A program made the position numbers and the translations under genes. The notes beneath the pieces were generated by a model. It made no database searches and was not told the DNA's origin. It was given only the letters and a program-made list of their open reading frames with translations. From an uncultured Gemmataceae bacterium (GTDB lineage Bacteria; Planctomycetota; Planctomycetia; Gemmatales; Gemmataceae), in contig CAVVPN010000003.1 in NCBI GenBank assembly GCA_963750165.1, positions 2,976,001 to 3,040,000 on the forward strand: 64,000 bases of DNA, read 5' to 3'. Shown here in pieces: positions 38,761-48,784 of the stretch (its first letter is position 1; each line of letters opens with the position of its first letter).

Positions 38761-39005
38761 TCACTTCAGGGACTCCAGGTAAGCGATCAAATCCGCCAAC
38801 TGGCCCGGCGTCAGGTTGCTCACCACCCCCTCCGGCATCGCGGACATCTTCTGCATCTGCCGCATTTCAATGTCCTCGCGCTGCACGCCGTTCGTCTCCC
38901 GGATCAGGGTTGTGCTGGCGCGCTCGCTGACCACGAACCCGGTGAAGACCTTGCCGTCGGCCATGACGAACCGATACGTCTCAAACCCCTGCGCGATCTT
39001 TCTGG
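38761..39005 (-). pseudogene. C-terminal remnant of a planctomycete heme-binding domain gene
   Basis: KIAQGFETY...DGKVFTGFVVSE...SAMPEG...LTPGQLADLIAYLESLK; the upstream part with CxxCH is missing and a MITE-like element lies ~70 bp away. Confidence 0.7.
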
Positions 39006-39074
39006 CCGTCGGCCGCCGAGTGACAGGCGACGCACGACTGGCTCTTGTAATTGGCCTGCGAGCGGCTACGTTGT

Positions 39075-39376
39075 TGCTGGAGCGGTTCGCACGCGGATCG
39101 CGCCCGGGGTGGGACGGCGGGCACAGCTTGACCGGCAGGGGCCTGCGCTGTCGCAGCAAGGGAGCCAAGGGGGCCAAGGGGGCCAACTTTTTCACACGTC
39201 GAGATTTGGCGCCCTGGCAGCGTGCGGCTGGCACGGCGCGACCACCACCGGCGGCGGTTGCCACAGCAAGGACGCCAAGAACGCCAAAAACGCCAACTTT
39301 TTCATACGTCGAGATGCGGCGCCTGGCAGCACCGGCCTGCCGTTTGTGGGCCACGCGACTGCGAACCGCGCCAGCA
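39075..39376 (+). mobile_element. MITE-like element, copy B (302 bp)
   Basis: TIR TGCTGGAGCGGTTCGCA / TGCGAACCGCGCCAGCA (16/17 match); two internal blocks of 9-mer repeats plus CTTTTTCA(C/T)ACGTCGAGA. Confidence 0.75.
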
Positions 39377-39404
39377 CGGGATCATTTTGGCCATTCGTGG
39401 TTGG

Positions 39405-39454
39405 TCCGAGCCCGAGCGCCAGCGCGGGGCCCCGCGCTGGCGCTTGGGCTCGGA
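39405..39454. repeat. REP-like palindrome (second copy at 55894-55945)
   Basis: TCCGAGCCCGAGCGCCAGCGCGGGGCCCCGCGCTGGCGCT(T/C)GGGCTCGGA. Confidence 0.8.
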
Positions 39455-39490
39455 TCAGAGACACGCCTGTTCCCCAACCAGGAGAGGGTC

Positions 39491-40894
39491 ATGTTCACGA
39501 ATCAGGTGATTCGGAGCGTCCTTCGGCCGGCGGCGCCGGCCCTGCTGTTCGCCGTCCTGATTTTGACCGCCGGCCCCTCGTCGGGTCAGGGCAAAGGCGG
39601 CAAGCAGCCCGACTTCATTCCCGCCGGCTACGACGACTATCAAACCATGCTCGACCGGCTCGGCATCAAGCAGATGCGCAAGGGGCGCGATTCCAGGGTG
39701 AAGGACACCTCCGACGAGGCGACCGCGAACCCCTACAAGGAAACCATGCCCGACCTGATGACCTTCAAGGACGGCACCAAGGTGAAGACCGCCGACCAGT
39801 GGCCGAAGCGGCGCGCGGAGATCGTCGAGGACTTCGAGCGCGAGGTCTACGGCAGGATTCCGAAGAACGTTCCGAAGGTGAAATGGGAGGTCACGAAGAC
39901 CGTCGAGGGCGAGAGTGGTGGCATCGCCACGGTCACCAAGACGCTGGTCGGCCACGTCGATAACAGCGCGTTTCCCAAGATCAAAGTCACCATTCAGGCC
40001 AGCTTCACCGTGCCCAGATACGCCAGGGGCCGGGTGCCGATCATCATCCAGTTCGGCGGCGGGTTCGGCGGCAAGGGCGGCCCGAATTCGTGGCAGCAGC
40101 AGGCGCTCAACAAGGGCTGGGGTTACGGCACGATCAACCCCAACAGCATCCAGCCGGACAACAGCCGGCTGCGCGAGGGCATCATCGGCCTGACCAACAA
40201 GGGGCAGCCGCGCGGCCCCGAGGACTGGGGCGCGTTGCGTGCCTGGGCCTGGGGCGTGAGCTGCCTGATCGACTACTTCGAGGCCAACCCGGATTCGGGG
40301 GTCGATCCGACCAAGGTGTGCATCACCGGCGTGTCGCGCTACGGCAAGGCGGCGCTGGTCGCCACGGCCTTCGACACGCGCATCGCGGCGGGGTTCGTCG
40401 CCTCCTCCGGGGCGGGCGGTTCCAAGCTGCACCGCCACATCTTCGGCGAACTGCTGGAGAACGTGGCGGGCCGTGGCGAGTACCACTGGATGGCCGGCAA
40501 CTACCTCAAGTACGCGGCGACGGAGGCCAAATTCGGCAAGAAGACGGCGGCGGACTTGCCGGTAGACCAGCATCAACTGATTGCCCTGTGCGCCCCGCGG
40601 CCGTGCTTCATCAGCATGGGCGTCCCCCCGGGGGATCCGAACTGGATCGATGCTCGTGGCAGTTTCATGGCCACGGTGCTGGCGGGTCCGGCCTACCGGC
40701 TGCTCGGCAAGAAGAACCTCGGCACGCCCGGGGACTACCTGACCGACAAGCTGCCCGCCGTCAACACCCTCATCGGCGGCGAGTTGGCCTGGCGGCAGCA
40801 CAGCGGCGGCCACACGAACGTCCCCAACTTCCCGACGTTCTTTGAATGGGCCGGCCGCTACATCCCCTCACCAGGGCTGACGAAGAAGAAGTAA
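39491..40894 (+). CDS. Secreted CE15-like (glucuronoyl/acetylxylan) esterase
   Basis: DWGALRAWAWG, GVSRYGK nucleophile motif, LIALCAPRP, HSGGH. Confidence 0.85.
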   Translation: MFTNQVIRSVLRPAAPALLFAVLILTAGPSSGQGKGGKQPDFIPAGYDDYQTMLDRLGIKQMRKGRDSRVKDTSDEATANPYKETMPDLMTFKDGTKVKTADQWPKRRAEIVEDFEREVYGRIPKNVPKVKWEVTKTVEGESGGIATVTKTLVGHVDNSAFPKIKVTIQASFTVPRYARGRVPIIIQFGGGFGGKGGPNSWQQQALNKGWGYGTINPNSIQPDNSRLREGIIGLTNKGQPRGPEDWGALRAWAWGVSCLIDYFEANPDSGVDPTKVCITGVSRYGKAALVATAFDTRIAAGFVASSGAGGSKLHRHIFGELLENVAGRGEYHWMAGNYLKYAATEAKFGKKTAADLPVDQHQLIALCAPRPCFISMGVPPGDPNWIDARGSFMATVLAGPAYRLLGKKNLGTPGDYLTDKLPAVNTLIGGELAWRQHSGGHTNVPNFPTFFEWAGRYIPSPGLTKKK

Positions 40895-40921
40895 ACAGCG
40901 CCCAGACGACGCGCTCCGCAA

Positions 40922-41365
40922 TCAAGGATTTGTCTGGGGCAGCAGCGGTATGGGCCGGCGCTCCGGCGTGGTCGGGTCGATGCGGACGTAGACGATTTCC
41001 GCCTCGGTGACGTGCAGCGCGTGGCCGTCGCGCTCCGCCTCGACGCGCACCTGCATGGTGATCGACGTGCGGCCCATCTTGACCAGGCGCGTGTGGAAGC
41101 TGACCACGTCGCCGACCAGCACCGGTTGCTTGAACTCGACGCGGTTGACCGCGACCGTCACCACGTACGCCTGACCGCCGCCGGCCAGCGTCACCACCCG
41201 TCGCGCCCCGACGGCACCAGCCTGGTCGATGTAGCTCAGGATGACGCCGCCGAAGATCGACTGAAAGGCGGTGAACGGCTGGCCGCCGTGCAGCACCGTC
41301 GTCGGCAGCGGGTTGGCGTCACGCGGCATCATGATGACCTGGATGGCGGTGTACCAGTCGTCCAT
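40922..41365 (-). CDS. Acyl-CoA thioesterase (hotdog fold, YciA-like)
   Basis: MMPRDAN...[14 protein letters not shown]...[11 protein letters not shown]...GRTSI. Confidence 0.9.
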   Translation of the reverse strand: MDDWYTAIQVIMMPRDANPLPTTVLHGGQPFTAFQSIFGGVILSYIDQAGAVGARRVVTLAGGGQAYVVTVAVNRVEFKQPVLVGDVVSFHTRLVKMGRTSITMQVRVEAERDGHALHVTEAEIVYVRIDPTTPERRPIPLLPQTNP

Positions 41366-41393
41366 GGTGATCCTTGCGCTTCCTCATGGTCCC

Positions 41394-41456
41394 GGCGAGC
41401 GGTGTGGCGTCAGCCCGCCGTGGTTCTCCAATCACAGCGGGCTGACGCCACGCCCG
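41394..41456. repeat. REP-like palindrome related to the arms at 21590-21747
   Basis: GTGGCGTCAGCCCGCCGTG...CACAGCGGGCTGACGCCAC. Confidence 0.7.
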
Positions 41457-41474
41457 AACGCAACACGCGCTAAT

Positions 41475-43565
41475 TTAGGAGTTCTGATACGCCTGTTGCG
41501 CGTCCACCTCGGCCCAGTAGGTGTTGTAGTCCAGCGTGGTCGGGTCGGGCGGTGCGTCTGACGTGGCGACCTGCCAGTAGGTGTTGTAGTCGCTCATGTC
41601 CACGCTGTTGTCGGTGTCGCCGTTGTCCGACGTGGCCGGGACGCTGGTGTCAGTCGTAGCGGTCGTGTCGGTCACCGGGGCGCTGTAATCGGTCGGGGTG
41701 GTGTCGTCGATGGTGACCGGGGCGATGTAAAGGGTCGGTGTCGTAATCGCGGTGTCCGTGCCCGTGTCCACGGGGGCCGGGGTGTTGTAGCAGTTCGTCG
41801 CCGGGGGGTAGATGGCCGTGACCGTGGCATTGTTCATCGTGTTGCCGGTGCTGACGTTTACCGGGCAGCTGGGCGGCGTGCCGGAGTTGGTGCAGGGCGA
41901 GGTGATGATGATCGTCTGGGTGTACGTGGTGGAGCCGTTGTCCTTGTCGAAGATGCGGCCGTAGACCGTGACGACGCCACAGGCCGGGGCGGTGAGGGTG
42001 GCGGTCGCGGCGGTGCCGGCGGCGGCGTAGGTGGTGGCCAGGTTCGCCGGGTTCGTGGCAAAGCTGTAGTGGTAGCCGGTCGCCGTGTCCACTGGCGACG
42101 GATCTGACGCGTTCGTCAGCGCCACGCTGAAGGAGGCGCCCGCGTTGACGGCCGCGGTGGGCGCGGTCAGGATCGCGGTCGGGAGGACGTTGAGGGTGAT
42201 CACGACCTGGCTGTAGGTGGTGAAGCCATTGTCCTTGTCGAAAATGCGGCCGTAGACCCTGGTGCCGGGGCCGTTGTCCGGAAAGCTCAGCGTGACCGAG
42301 TTGGCGGTGCCGGCAGCGGCGTAGGTGGTCGGCAGCGTGGTCGGGTCGGTGCTGAAGGCGTAATGGAAGCCGGCCGCCGTGTCCACCGGCGACGGGTCAG
42401 ATGAGTTGATTAGCGACGCCGTGAAGGTCTGCCCCTCGTTGACCATCAGGGGCGCAATCAGGCCTGCCGTTGGGTTGACGTTGGTGACTGTGACGGGCGC
42501 GCTATAGGTGGTGAAGTCGTTGTTCTGGTTGAAGACGCGACCGTAGAAGGTGTAACTGCCGCTGTCCAGGAAGATCATCATGACCGAGTTGGCGGTGCCG
42601 GCGGTGGCGTAGGTGGTGGCCAGGTTCGCCGGGTTCGTGGCAAAGCTGTAGTGGTAGCCGGCGACCGCGTTCGCGATGGATCCGTCGTAAACGCCAGTGA
42701 GGAAAACGCTGAAGCGGCTGCCCTCAGCTATGGTCGTCGGCACGCTGAACAGTGCCGCCGTCGGGCTGCCGTTGGCCGGCTGGATCGGCTGGCTGGAGGT
42801 GGCGAGGACGGGGGCCACGAAGGTCGCGGTCGGGACGGTGGTGTCCGGGGTGCTGACGGTGGAGGCGTGGGTCGGCGCGCTCGTCCCCAGCGCGTCCAGC
42901 CAGTTTTTCACTTCACCCGGGCTGGCAGGCCGGCCCAGGACGCTCTCGTAGGAGCCCGCGACCCAGTTCTGCGTGTCGGTGCCGTAGCGGGCCACGCTCT
43001 CCGGTGAGCCGACCATGACGGCCGCCGCGTCCAGGTTGTTCTCGCCGGCCTTCAGGTTGTTGACCCAGCTGCCCAGTTCATGGACGCCGGGCGCCCGCCC
43101 CAGGTAGCGCTCGAAGTCCGAAGTCACCTGGTCGGCCATGCGCTCGGGGCTGGTCGCGATCACCGTCGCGACCGTCTGCGGGCTGACGCCGTGGCCCAGC
43201 TGCCCCAGCCAGCCGTTCACCTCCACAGCAGAGGGCGTGCGGTTCAACAGATCCCTGTACAGGTCTGTGACGAAGTCCGGCCCGACGCCGCCGTGGTCGG
43301 CGACGTACTCGGCGGAGCCGGCGAAGGCCGCGTCGATCTGCGGCGTCGTCAGGCCCCCCGCCAGGCCGGCGGCCCAGCCGTTGACCTCGGTGGAACTGCC
43401 CGGGCGATTCAACAGGACCGTGTAGTCGTCGCTGATGATCCGAACCGCGTTCTCGTAACTGTGGGTGATGGCGCTGGCGACGTCCGAAGTGGTGACGGCC
43501 GGCACGAAACGGGCTTCCAGGGCTTCGATTTCGGGGCGAACGGTACGGGGGGCGTGGCGCTTCAT
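41475..43565 (-). CDS. Secreted DUF4214-like protein with three PKD/Ig-like repeats and a T/D-rich tail
   Basis: RPEIEALEARFVPA; FVTDLYRDLLNRTPSAVEVNGW-type repeats; 3x YHYSFA...YGRIFDKDNG. Confidence 0.8.
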   Translation of the reverse strand: MKRHAPRTVRPEIEALEARFVPAVTTSDVASAITHSYENAVRIISDDYTVLLNRPGSSTEVNGWAAGLAGGLTTPQIDAAFAGSAEYVADHGGVGPDFVTDLYRDLLNRTPSAVEVNGWLGQLGHGVSPQTVATVIATSPERMADQVTSDFERYLGRAPGVHELGSWVNNLKAGENNLDAAAVMVGSPESVARYGTDTQNWVAGSYESVLGRPASPGEVKNWLDALGTSAPTHASTVSTPDTTVPTATFVAPVLATSSQPIQPANGSPTAALFSVPTTIAEGSRFSVFLTGVYDGSIANAVAGYHYSFATNPANLATTYATAGTANSVMMIFLDSGSYTFYGRVFNQNNDFTTYSAPVTVTNVNPTAGLIAPLMVNEGQTFTASLINSSDPSPVDTAAGFHYAFSTDPTTLPTTYAAAGTANSVTLSFPDNGPGTRVYGRIFDKDNGFTTYSQVVITLNVLPTAILTAPTAAVNAGASFSVALTNASDPSPVDTATGYHYSFATNPANLATTYAAAGTAATATLTAPACGVVTVYGRIFDKDNGSTTYTQTIIITSPCTNSGTPPSCPVNVSTGNTMNNATVTAIYPPATNCYNTPAPVDTGTDTAITTPTLYIAPVTIDDTTPTDYSAPVTDTTATTDTSVPATSDNGDTDNSVDMSDYNTYWQVATSDAPPDPTTLDYNTYWAEVDAQQAYQNS

Positions 43566-43794
43566 GGCTGGGGCTCCGCGGTGGTGGTGGGGTTGGTGGA
43601 AAGGTCGGTGGGGAGGAGGGGAGGGGTCGTTGCTGCGGTTGCAGTGCTTTCATCCGAAGAACGCGCCGCCGGCCGATCCTTGCGCCACAATTACCGGAAA
43701 GACGCGGAGCCGACGACGCGGCGCGCGGCGACAGGCCGCCGGTACTGCGCAGTACCGGCGGCCTGTCGCCGCGCCGCTCGCTGGGGGATGTTTG

Positions 43795-44817
43795 CTAATC
43801 CTGAGAGTCCTGATACGCTTGTTGCGCGTCCACCTCGGCCCAGTAGGTGTTGTAGTCCAGCGTGTAGGGGTCGGGGGGCGTGGAGGACGTGGCGACCTGC
43901 CAGTAAGTGTTGTAGTCGCTCATGTCCACGGTCAGCGGACCCTGATCGCTGCTGCTGGTATCGACTGCGACCGGAGCCGTGTTGTCGCTGCTGTTATCAA
44001 CCGGGGCGCAGTTCGCGGTGTTGTCACTGCTGTTATCGACCGGGGCGCTGTTCGCGGTGTTGTCGTTGCTGTCCGTCGAACAGGTGTTCGTGGCGGCGGG
44101 GGCGGGGATGGCAGGGGCGGAGGCGGCGTTGTTCACGCTCAGGACGTTCAGCCAGCCCTGCAGTTCTTTCGCGTCGGCCGGCCGGTCCAGGACGCTCTCA
44201 TAGGTGCCCATCAACCAGTTCCGCGGGCTGTCGCCGTAGCGGTTGAAGTTTTCCGACGAGGCCACCATGTCGGACACCACGTTCAGGTCGTTCTCGCCGG
44301 CACGCAGAGCGTTGACCCAACCGCTCACCTCGGCACCGCTCGGCGTCCGCCCCAGGTACTGCACGTAATCGGCGGTCACCTGATCCGCCAGGTGTTCGGT
44401 GCTGTTGGCGATGACGGAGGCCACCGCCTGTGGGCTCACGTGGTTGTCCAGCTGCCCCAGCCAGCCGTTGACTTCCGCGGTGTTTGGCGTGCGGCCCAGC
44501 AGGTCCTGATACAGCCCGGCGACATAATCCGGTCCCGCGCCGTAATGGTCGTTGACGTATTCCGCTGAGCCGGTGAACAGTGCATCGACCTGGTTCAGCG
44601 TCATGCCGGCCTCGACGCGGCCGACCCAGCCGTTGATCTCGGCCGGGCTGCCCGAGCGGTGCAGCAGGTTCGTGTAATCTTGACCGATCACCCGCTCCAC
44701 GTTCTCCGTGCTGAAGGCGATGGCGTTGGCGATGGCCGGGTAGGTGACCGACAGGACGGTGCGGGCTTCCAGGGTTTCGACTTCCGGGCGGACAGTACGG
44801 GTGGCGTGGCGGGCCAT
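43795..44817 (-). CDS. Secreted DUF4214-like protein, paralog lacking the PKD-like repeats
   Basis: RPEVETLEARTVLS; YVAGLYQDLLGRTPNTAEVNGW; same C-terminal motif as its neighbour. Confidence 0.8.
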   Translation of the reverse strand: MARHATRTVRPEVETLEARTVLSVTYPAIANAIAFSTENVERVIGQDYTNLLHRSGSPAEINGWVGRVEAGMTLNQVDALFTGSAEYVNDHYGAGPDYVAGLYQDLLGRTPNTAEVNGWLGQLDNHVSPQAVASVIANSTEHLADQVTADYVQYLGRTPSGAEVSGWVNALRAGENDLNVVSDMVASSENFNRYGDSPRNWLMGTYESVLDRPADAKELQGWLNVLSVNNAASAPAIPAPAATNTCSTDSNDNTANSAPVDNSSDNTANCAPVDNSSDNTAPVAVDTSSSDQGPLTVDMSDYNTYWQVATSSTPPDPYTLDYNTYWAEVDAQQAYQDSQD

Positions 44818-45035
44818 GGGAGTCTCTCCGCGGCTGGGGGTCGGTGGTGGTGGGTGGTCGAGGTTGAAAGCGGGTGGGAGGTGTGGGGCTGGCCCACGTC
44901 TTCAGTTGCAGCGCTTTCACCCAGTAAACGCGCTGGCGGCCGAGACTTGCGCCGCAAAAGAAAAACCACGAAAAACACGGAAAAAGACAGAAGAGTGGGT
45001 GAGCGGGGATTGCGTGGTTTTCTTTCCGCACGCTC

Positions 45036-46697
45036 TTACCGCGCCGCCCGCGTCGAGCGCAGTCGCTGGCGGTAATACTTCAGCCCCGGCACAAAGAAGC
45101 TCAGCGCCGACACCACCCCGAACAGCAGCGGCCCCACCTCCGGGAACAGCGCCATCGGCACCGCCGTCAAAAAGCTCACCACTGCCGCCACATAGAAGCC
45201 GCCCGAGAGTGTGCCTGCCTTGAACAGAAACACCATGCCGGCGCACACCGCCAGGATCGGCGACAGCGTCAGCACCGGCAGCGGCGGCCGCAGCAGCACT
45301 TCCACAATGAACGCGCCGACCGACGCCACCACGCCGGCCGCCCAGGCGTGCGCCATCTGCCGCTCCACGAACGTCACCGGGCCGCCGCGCCGCCGCCAGT
45401 TCCAGAAGAAGGTGCCCCACGCCACCAGCCCGCCGCCCCACAGCGCCACATACGGCCCGTGCTGCTGCACGCCCAGCCAGTACATCACGTTCGTCACCGC
45501 GCACAGCAGGAACAGCATCAGGCTTTGCCACATCCACAGCAAACCCCAGTTCTCCAGCACCGGCGCGTGGTGGGTCTCGCGCAGCAACCGCGACAGGAAG
45601 TATGCCAGGTTGCTGACCCGCGCCGCCACCGGCTCGCTCTGCAAAAAGGCGTCAAGGTCGTCGGCCAGCGCCGCGGCGCTGGCGTAGCGATGTTCGGGCC
45701 GTTTTTCCAGACATTTGAGACAGACCAGCTCCAGGTCGGGGTCAATCTGCGAGTTAAGCAACCGCGGCCGCACCGGCTCCTCGCTGCGCACCAGCAGCAG
45801 CACGTCCACCGGCGTCGCGGCCTGGAACGGCGGCCTGCCGGTCAGCATTTCGTAGAGGATGGCGCCGAGGCTGTACACGTCGCTGGCGGGACTGGCGGCG
45901 CCACGGCCGCCGGCCGCCTGCTCCGGGGCCATGTAGCTCGGCGTGCCGACGATGGCGCCGGTGCCGGTCAGGTTGGCGCCGTCGGCGACGCGCTTGGCCA
46001 GGCCGAAATCGGTCACCAGCGGCTGGCCCTCGGCGTCGAGCAGCACGTTGCTTGGCTTGAGGTCGCGGTGCAGGATACCGTTCTGGTGGGCGTGGTGGAC
46101 GGCCCGCGCGATGGCTGCCAGCAGTTGCGCCGCCTCGCGACTGGGCAGCGGTTTGCCGGCGATCCGCTGGGCGAGCGTCTGACCAGGGACGTACTTCATG
46201 CTAAAGTAGGCCCGGCCGTCGCACTGGCCGACCTTGTAGACCGGCACGATATTGCGATGCGACAGCCCCGCCGCGGACTGGGCCTCGCCGCGAAAGCGCG
46301 TCACGTCGGTGACCGTGGCCTGGTCGCCGCGCAGCAGCATCTTGACGGCGACGTGGCGGTTGAGGCTCGCCTCCCACGCCTTGTAAACGACGCCCATCGC
46401 GCCGCGGCCGAGTTCCTGGAGCAGTTCATAGTCGCCGAAGATGCGCGGCAGCGTCTCGGCCAGGGCGGTGCTGGCGGGCGCGGGGGTGCGGTCGTGGCAG
46501 GGCGTGGCCGGGTCGGCGCGGGCGAAGGACTCCGCCAGCTGGGCGAGGTTGACGAGTTGCCGGAGTTCGTGGACGAGGTGCGGATGGTCGCGGCCGAGGC
46601 GGTCCCAGTCGGGCGGTTGGCCCCGGCGCTGCTGCTGCGTCACCTCGGCGAGCAGGTTGGCGAGTTGCTGGTCGGCGTCAGCATTGGTGGGGGTCAT
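45036..46697 (-). CDS. Ser/Thr kinase with C-terminal multi-pass membrane domain
   Basis: LGRGAMG, VAVKML, HRDLKPSN, DFGLA, GTPSYMAPEQ; ~6 hydrophobic segments. Confidence 0.92.
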   Translation of the reverse strand: MTPTNADADQQLANLLAEVTQQQRRGQPPDWDRLGRDHPHLVHELRQLVNLAQLAESFARADPATPCHDRTPAPASTALAETLPRIFGDYELLQELGRGAMGVVYKAWEASLNRHVAVKMLLRGDQATVTDVTRFRGEAQSAAGLSHRNIVPVYKVGQCDGRAYFSMKYVPGQTLAQRIAGKPLPSREAAQLLAAIARAVHHAHQNGILHRDLKPSNVLLDAEGQPLVTDFGLAKRVADGANLTGTGAIVGTPSYMAPEQAAGGRGAASPASDVYSLGAILYEMLTGRPPFQAATPVDVLLLVRSEEPVRPRLLNSQIDPDLELVCLKCLEKRPEHRYASAAALADDLDAFLQSEPVAARVSNLAYFLSRLLRETHHAPVLENWGLLWMWQSLMLFLLCAVTNVMYWLGVQQHGPYVALWGGGLVAWGTFFWNWRRRGGPVTFVERQMAHAWAAGVVASVGAFIVEVLLRPPLPVLTLSPILAVCAGMVFLFKAGTLSGGFYVAAVVSFLTAVPMALFPEVGPLLFGVVSALSFFVPGLKYYRQRLRSTRAAR

Positions 46698-46714
46698 GAG
46701 CGCGTCTCTTCTTG

Positions 46715-46865
46715 CGTGGGGCAGACATTCCTGTCTGCCATAGCGCCTGGCAGACAGGAATGTCTGCCCCACGAAGCTAAGGGCCTGTGCGAAAAGTAGG
46801 TGCCGCGAGCCGAGCGGCACCCGCTGCGGGTGCCGCTCGGCTCGCGGCACCTACTTTTCGCACAG
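46715..46865. repeat. Two adjacent REP-like palindromes (46715-46773 and 46785-46865)
   Basis: CGTGGGGCAGACATTCCTGTCTGCCA plus its inverse; CTGTGCGAAAAGTAGGTGCCGCGAGCCGAGCGGCACCCGC plus its inverse. Confidence 0.85.
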
Positions 46866-46868
46866 CCA

Positions 46869-47510
46869 CTAGGCGTCCGCGGCGGCCTCGGGGTTGTCGG
46901 GCTGCAACAGCGCCCGCAGGCGGCGCAGCGCCCGCAGGTAGCGCATCGACGCCGCCGCCTCCGTTAATTTTAGCAGCAGCGCCACCTCCTGGTTCGACAG
47001 CTGCTCGAAGTGACGCATCAGGATGATGTCACGGTCGTCCTCGTTGAGCTGGGTGATGGCGGCGTGCAGGCGGCGCTGCAACTCCTGCTGCATGGCGGCG
47101 GACGCGGGCGTCAATTCGGGGTCCAGGAACTGTGCTGCCAACTCGATGGAGGAGCGGTCGGCGAACGCGGCGGGCACGATCGGCTGTTCGCGGTCCACGC
47201 CGCGCTTCTGCGCCTGACGATGGCGACGGTGGGCGTCGATGAGATGGTCCTGCGCCAGATGCCGCAGCCACAGGTGGAATGGCATGGTGCCGTTGCGCAG
47301 GAAATCGTCCAGGCGGCGGCTGGCCTCGATGAGCACTTCCTGCACCACGTCACTGGCGTCCACGCGCGCGGCAATCGCTGGGTCGAGCCGCAGATCGATC
47401 ATGCGCCGCACCGCCTCACGATGGCGGGCGAGCAACATGTCCACGGCGCCGCTGTCGCCGTGGCGCACCTGGTCGAGCAGTTCTTGCGTTTCGGTCGAGT
47501 TGGACCACAT
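46869..47510 (-). CDS. ECF sigma factor, planctomycete kinase-associated type
   Basis: RVDASDVVQEV, FHLWLR, AHRRHRQAQKR, LTPAS, MRHFEQLSNQEVA...RYLRALRRL. Confidence 0.92.
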   Translation of the reverse strand: MWSNSTETQELLDQVRHGDSGAVDMLLARHREAVRRMIDLRLDPAIAARVDASDVVQEVLIEASRRLDDFLRNGTMPFHLWLRHLAQDHLIDAHRRHRQAQKRGVDREQPIVPAAFADRSSIELAAQFLDPELTPASAAMQQELQRRLHAAITQLNEDDRDIILMRHFEQLSNQEVALLLKLTEAAASMRYLRALRRLRALLQPDNPEAAADA

Positions 47511-47683
47511 GGTTGTGCCTGCGTCGGAACGGTTCGGCCACGGCTCGGTATCAGTATCCTACGCCGGCCGGCGCGGCTCGTCACGCCCCGGGACGCTGGC
47601 GGTCGGCACGAAAGTGTTGCAAAATGCCGACGGATCGCGTACCACCGTGTCAGACACCAGAAAAACCGATCCGGGGCCGGGGC

Positions 47684-48784
47684 ATGGGTAGCGAGATTGC
47701 GGGCAAGGCGAGTTTCAGCGGCGTCCGCTACGCCCAGTGCTGGGAGGACGCCGACGTGCTGCTGCACGCCCTCGACGTGCGGCCCGGCGACGTTTGCCTG
47801 TCGATTGCGTCCGCCGGCGACAACGCCCTGGCCCTGCTGACGCGCCACCCGGCCCGCGTCGTCGCCCTTGACCTCAGCCCCGCCCAGTTGGCCTGCGTCG
47901 GCCTGCGCGTCGCCGCCTACCGCATCCTCACTCACCCTGAACTGCTGGAACTGATCGGTTCGCGGCCCAGCCGGCGCCGGCCGGAACTGTACCGCCGTTG
48001 TCGGCCGCTGCTGGACACCGCGGCGCGCGACTTCTGGGACGCACACCCCGCCGATGTCGCGGCCGGCATCGGCGGCGCCGGCAAATTCGAGCGCTACTTC
48101 GCGCTGTTCCGCCGCCGGGTGCTGCCGCTGGTCCACCGCGGTGGCGTCGTCAACGCCCTGCTGCGCGGCGGCAGCCCCGAACAGCGCCGCCGCTTCCATG
48201 ACAAGCGCTGGGACACGCCCGGCTGGCGGCTGCTGTTCCGCGTCTTCTTCTCGCGCTTCGTCATGGGCCGGCTGGGCCGCGATCCCAGCTTTTTCGCCTA
48301 CGTGCAGGGCAGCGTCTCCGAGCGCATCCTCGCCCGCACCCGCCACGCTCTGGCCGTGCTCGACCCGGCCGATAATCCGTATCTACAATGGATCCTCACC
48401 GGCCGCCATACCACGGCGCTGCCGCTGGCGCTGCGGCCCGAGCACTTCGACACCATCCGCGCTCACCTCGACCGCCTCGAATGGCGTTGCCAGTCCGTCG
48501 AGGATTTCCTGGAGGAACAGGGCAAGGCCGCCATCGACCGCTTTAACCTCAGCGACATTTTCGAGTACATGTCCGACGCCAACTACCAGCGCCTGCTGGA
48601 GCGACTGGCGGACGCGGCGCGGCCGGGCGGACGGCTGGCGTACTGGAACATGCTGGTGCCGCGCCGCCGGCCCGAAGCGCTGGCACACCGCCTGCGGCCG
48701 CTAACGGACCTGGCCCGGCGGTTGCACCTGGCGGATCGGGCCTTTTTCTACAGCGACTTCGTGGTCGAGGAGGTCGTCGGATGA
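47684..48784 (+). CDS. DUF3419/BtaA-like SAM-dependent 3-amino-3-carboxypropyl transferase family protein
   Basis: YAQCWED, SIASAGDNAL, DLSPAQL, GKFERYF, FNLSDIFEYM, YWNMLV. Confidence 0.85.
   Translation: MGSEIAGKASFSGVRYAQCWEDADVLLHALDVRPGDVCLSIASAGDNALALLTRHPARVVALDLSPAQLACVGLRVAAYRILTHPELLELIGSRPSRRRPELYRRCRPLLDTAARDFWDAHPADVAAGIGGAGKFERYFALFRRRVLPLVHRGGVVNALLRGGSPEQRRRFHDKRWDTPGWRLLFRVFFSRFVMGRLGRDPSFFAYVQGSVSERILARTRHALAVLDPADNPYLQWILTGRHTTALPLALRPEHFDTIRAHLDRLEWRCQSVEDFLEEQGKAAIDRFNLSDIFEYMSDANYQRLLERLADAARPGGRLAYWNMLVPRRRPEALAHRLRPLTDLARRLHLADRAFFYSDFVVEEVVG

Noticed and set aside
41475..43930. Diversity-generating retroelement template/variable repeat pair
   Set aside because: No reverse transcriptase in the window, both copies are coding, and the differences are not adenine-specific
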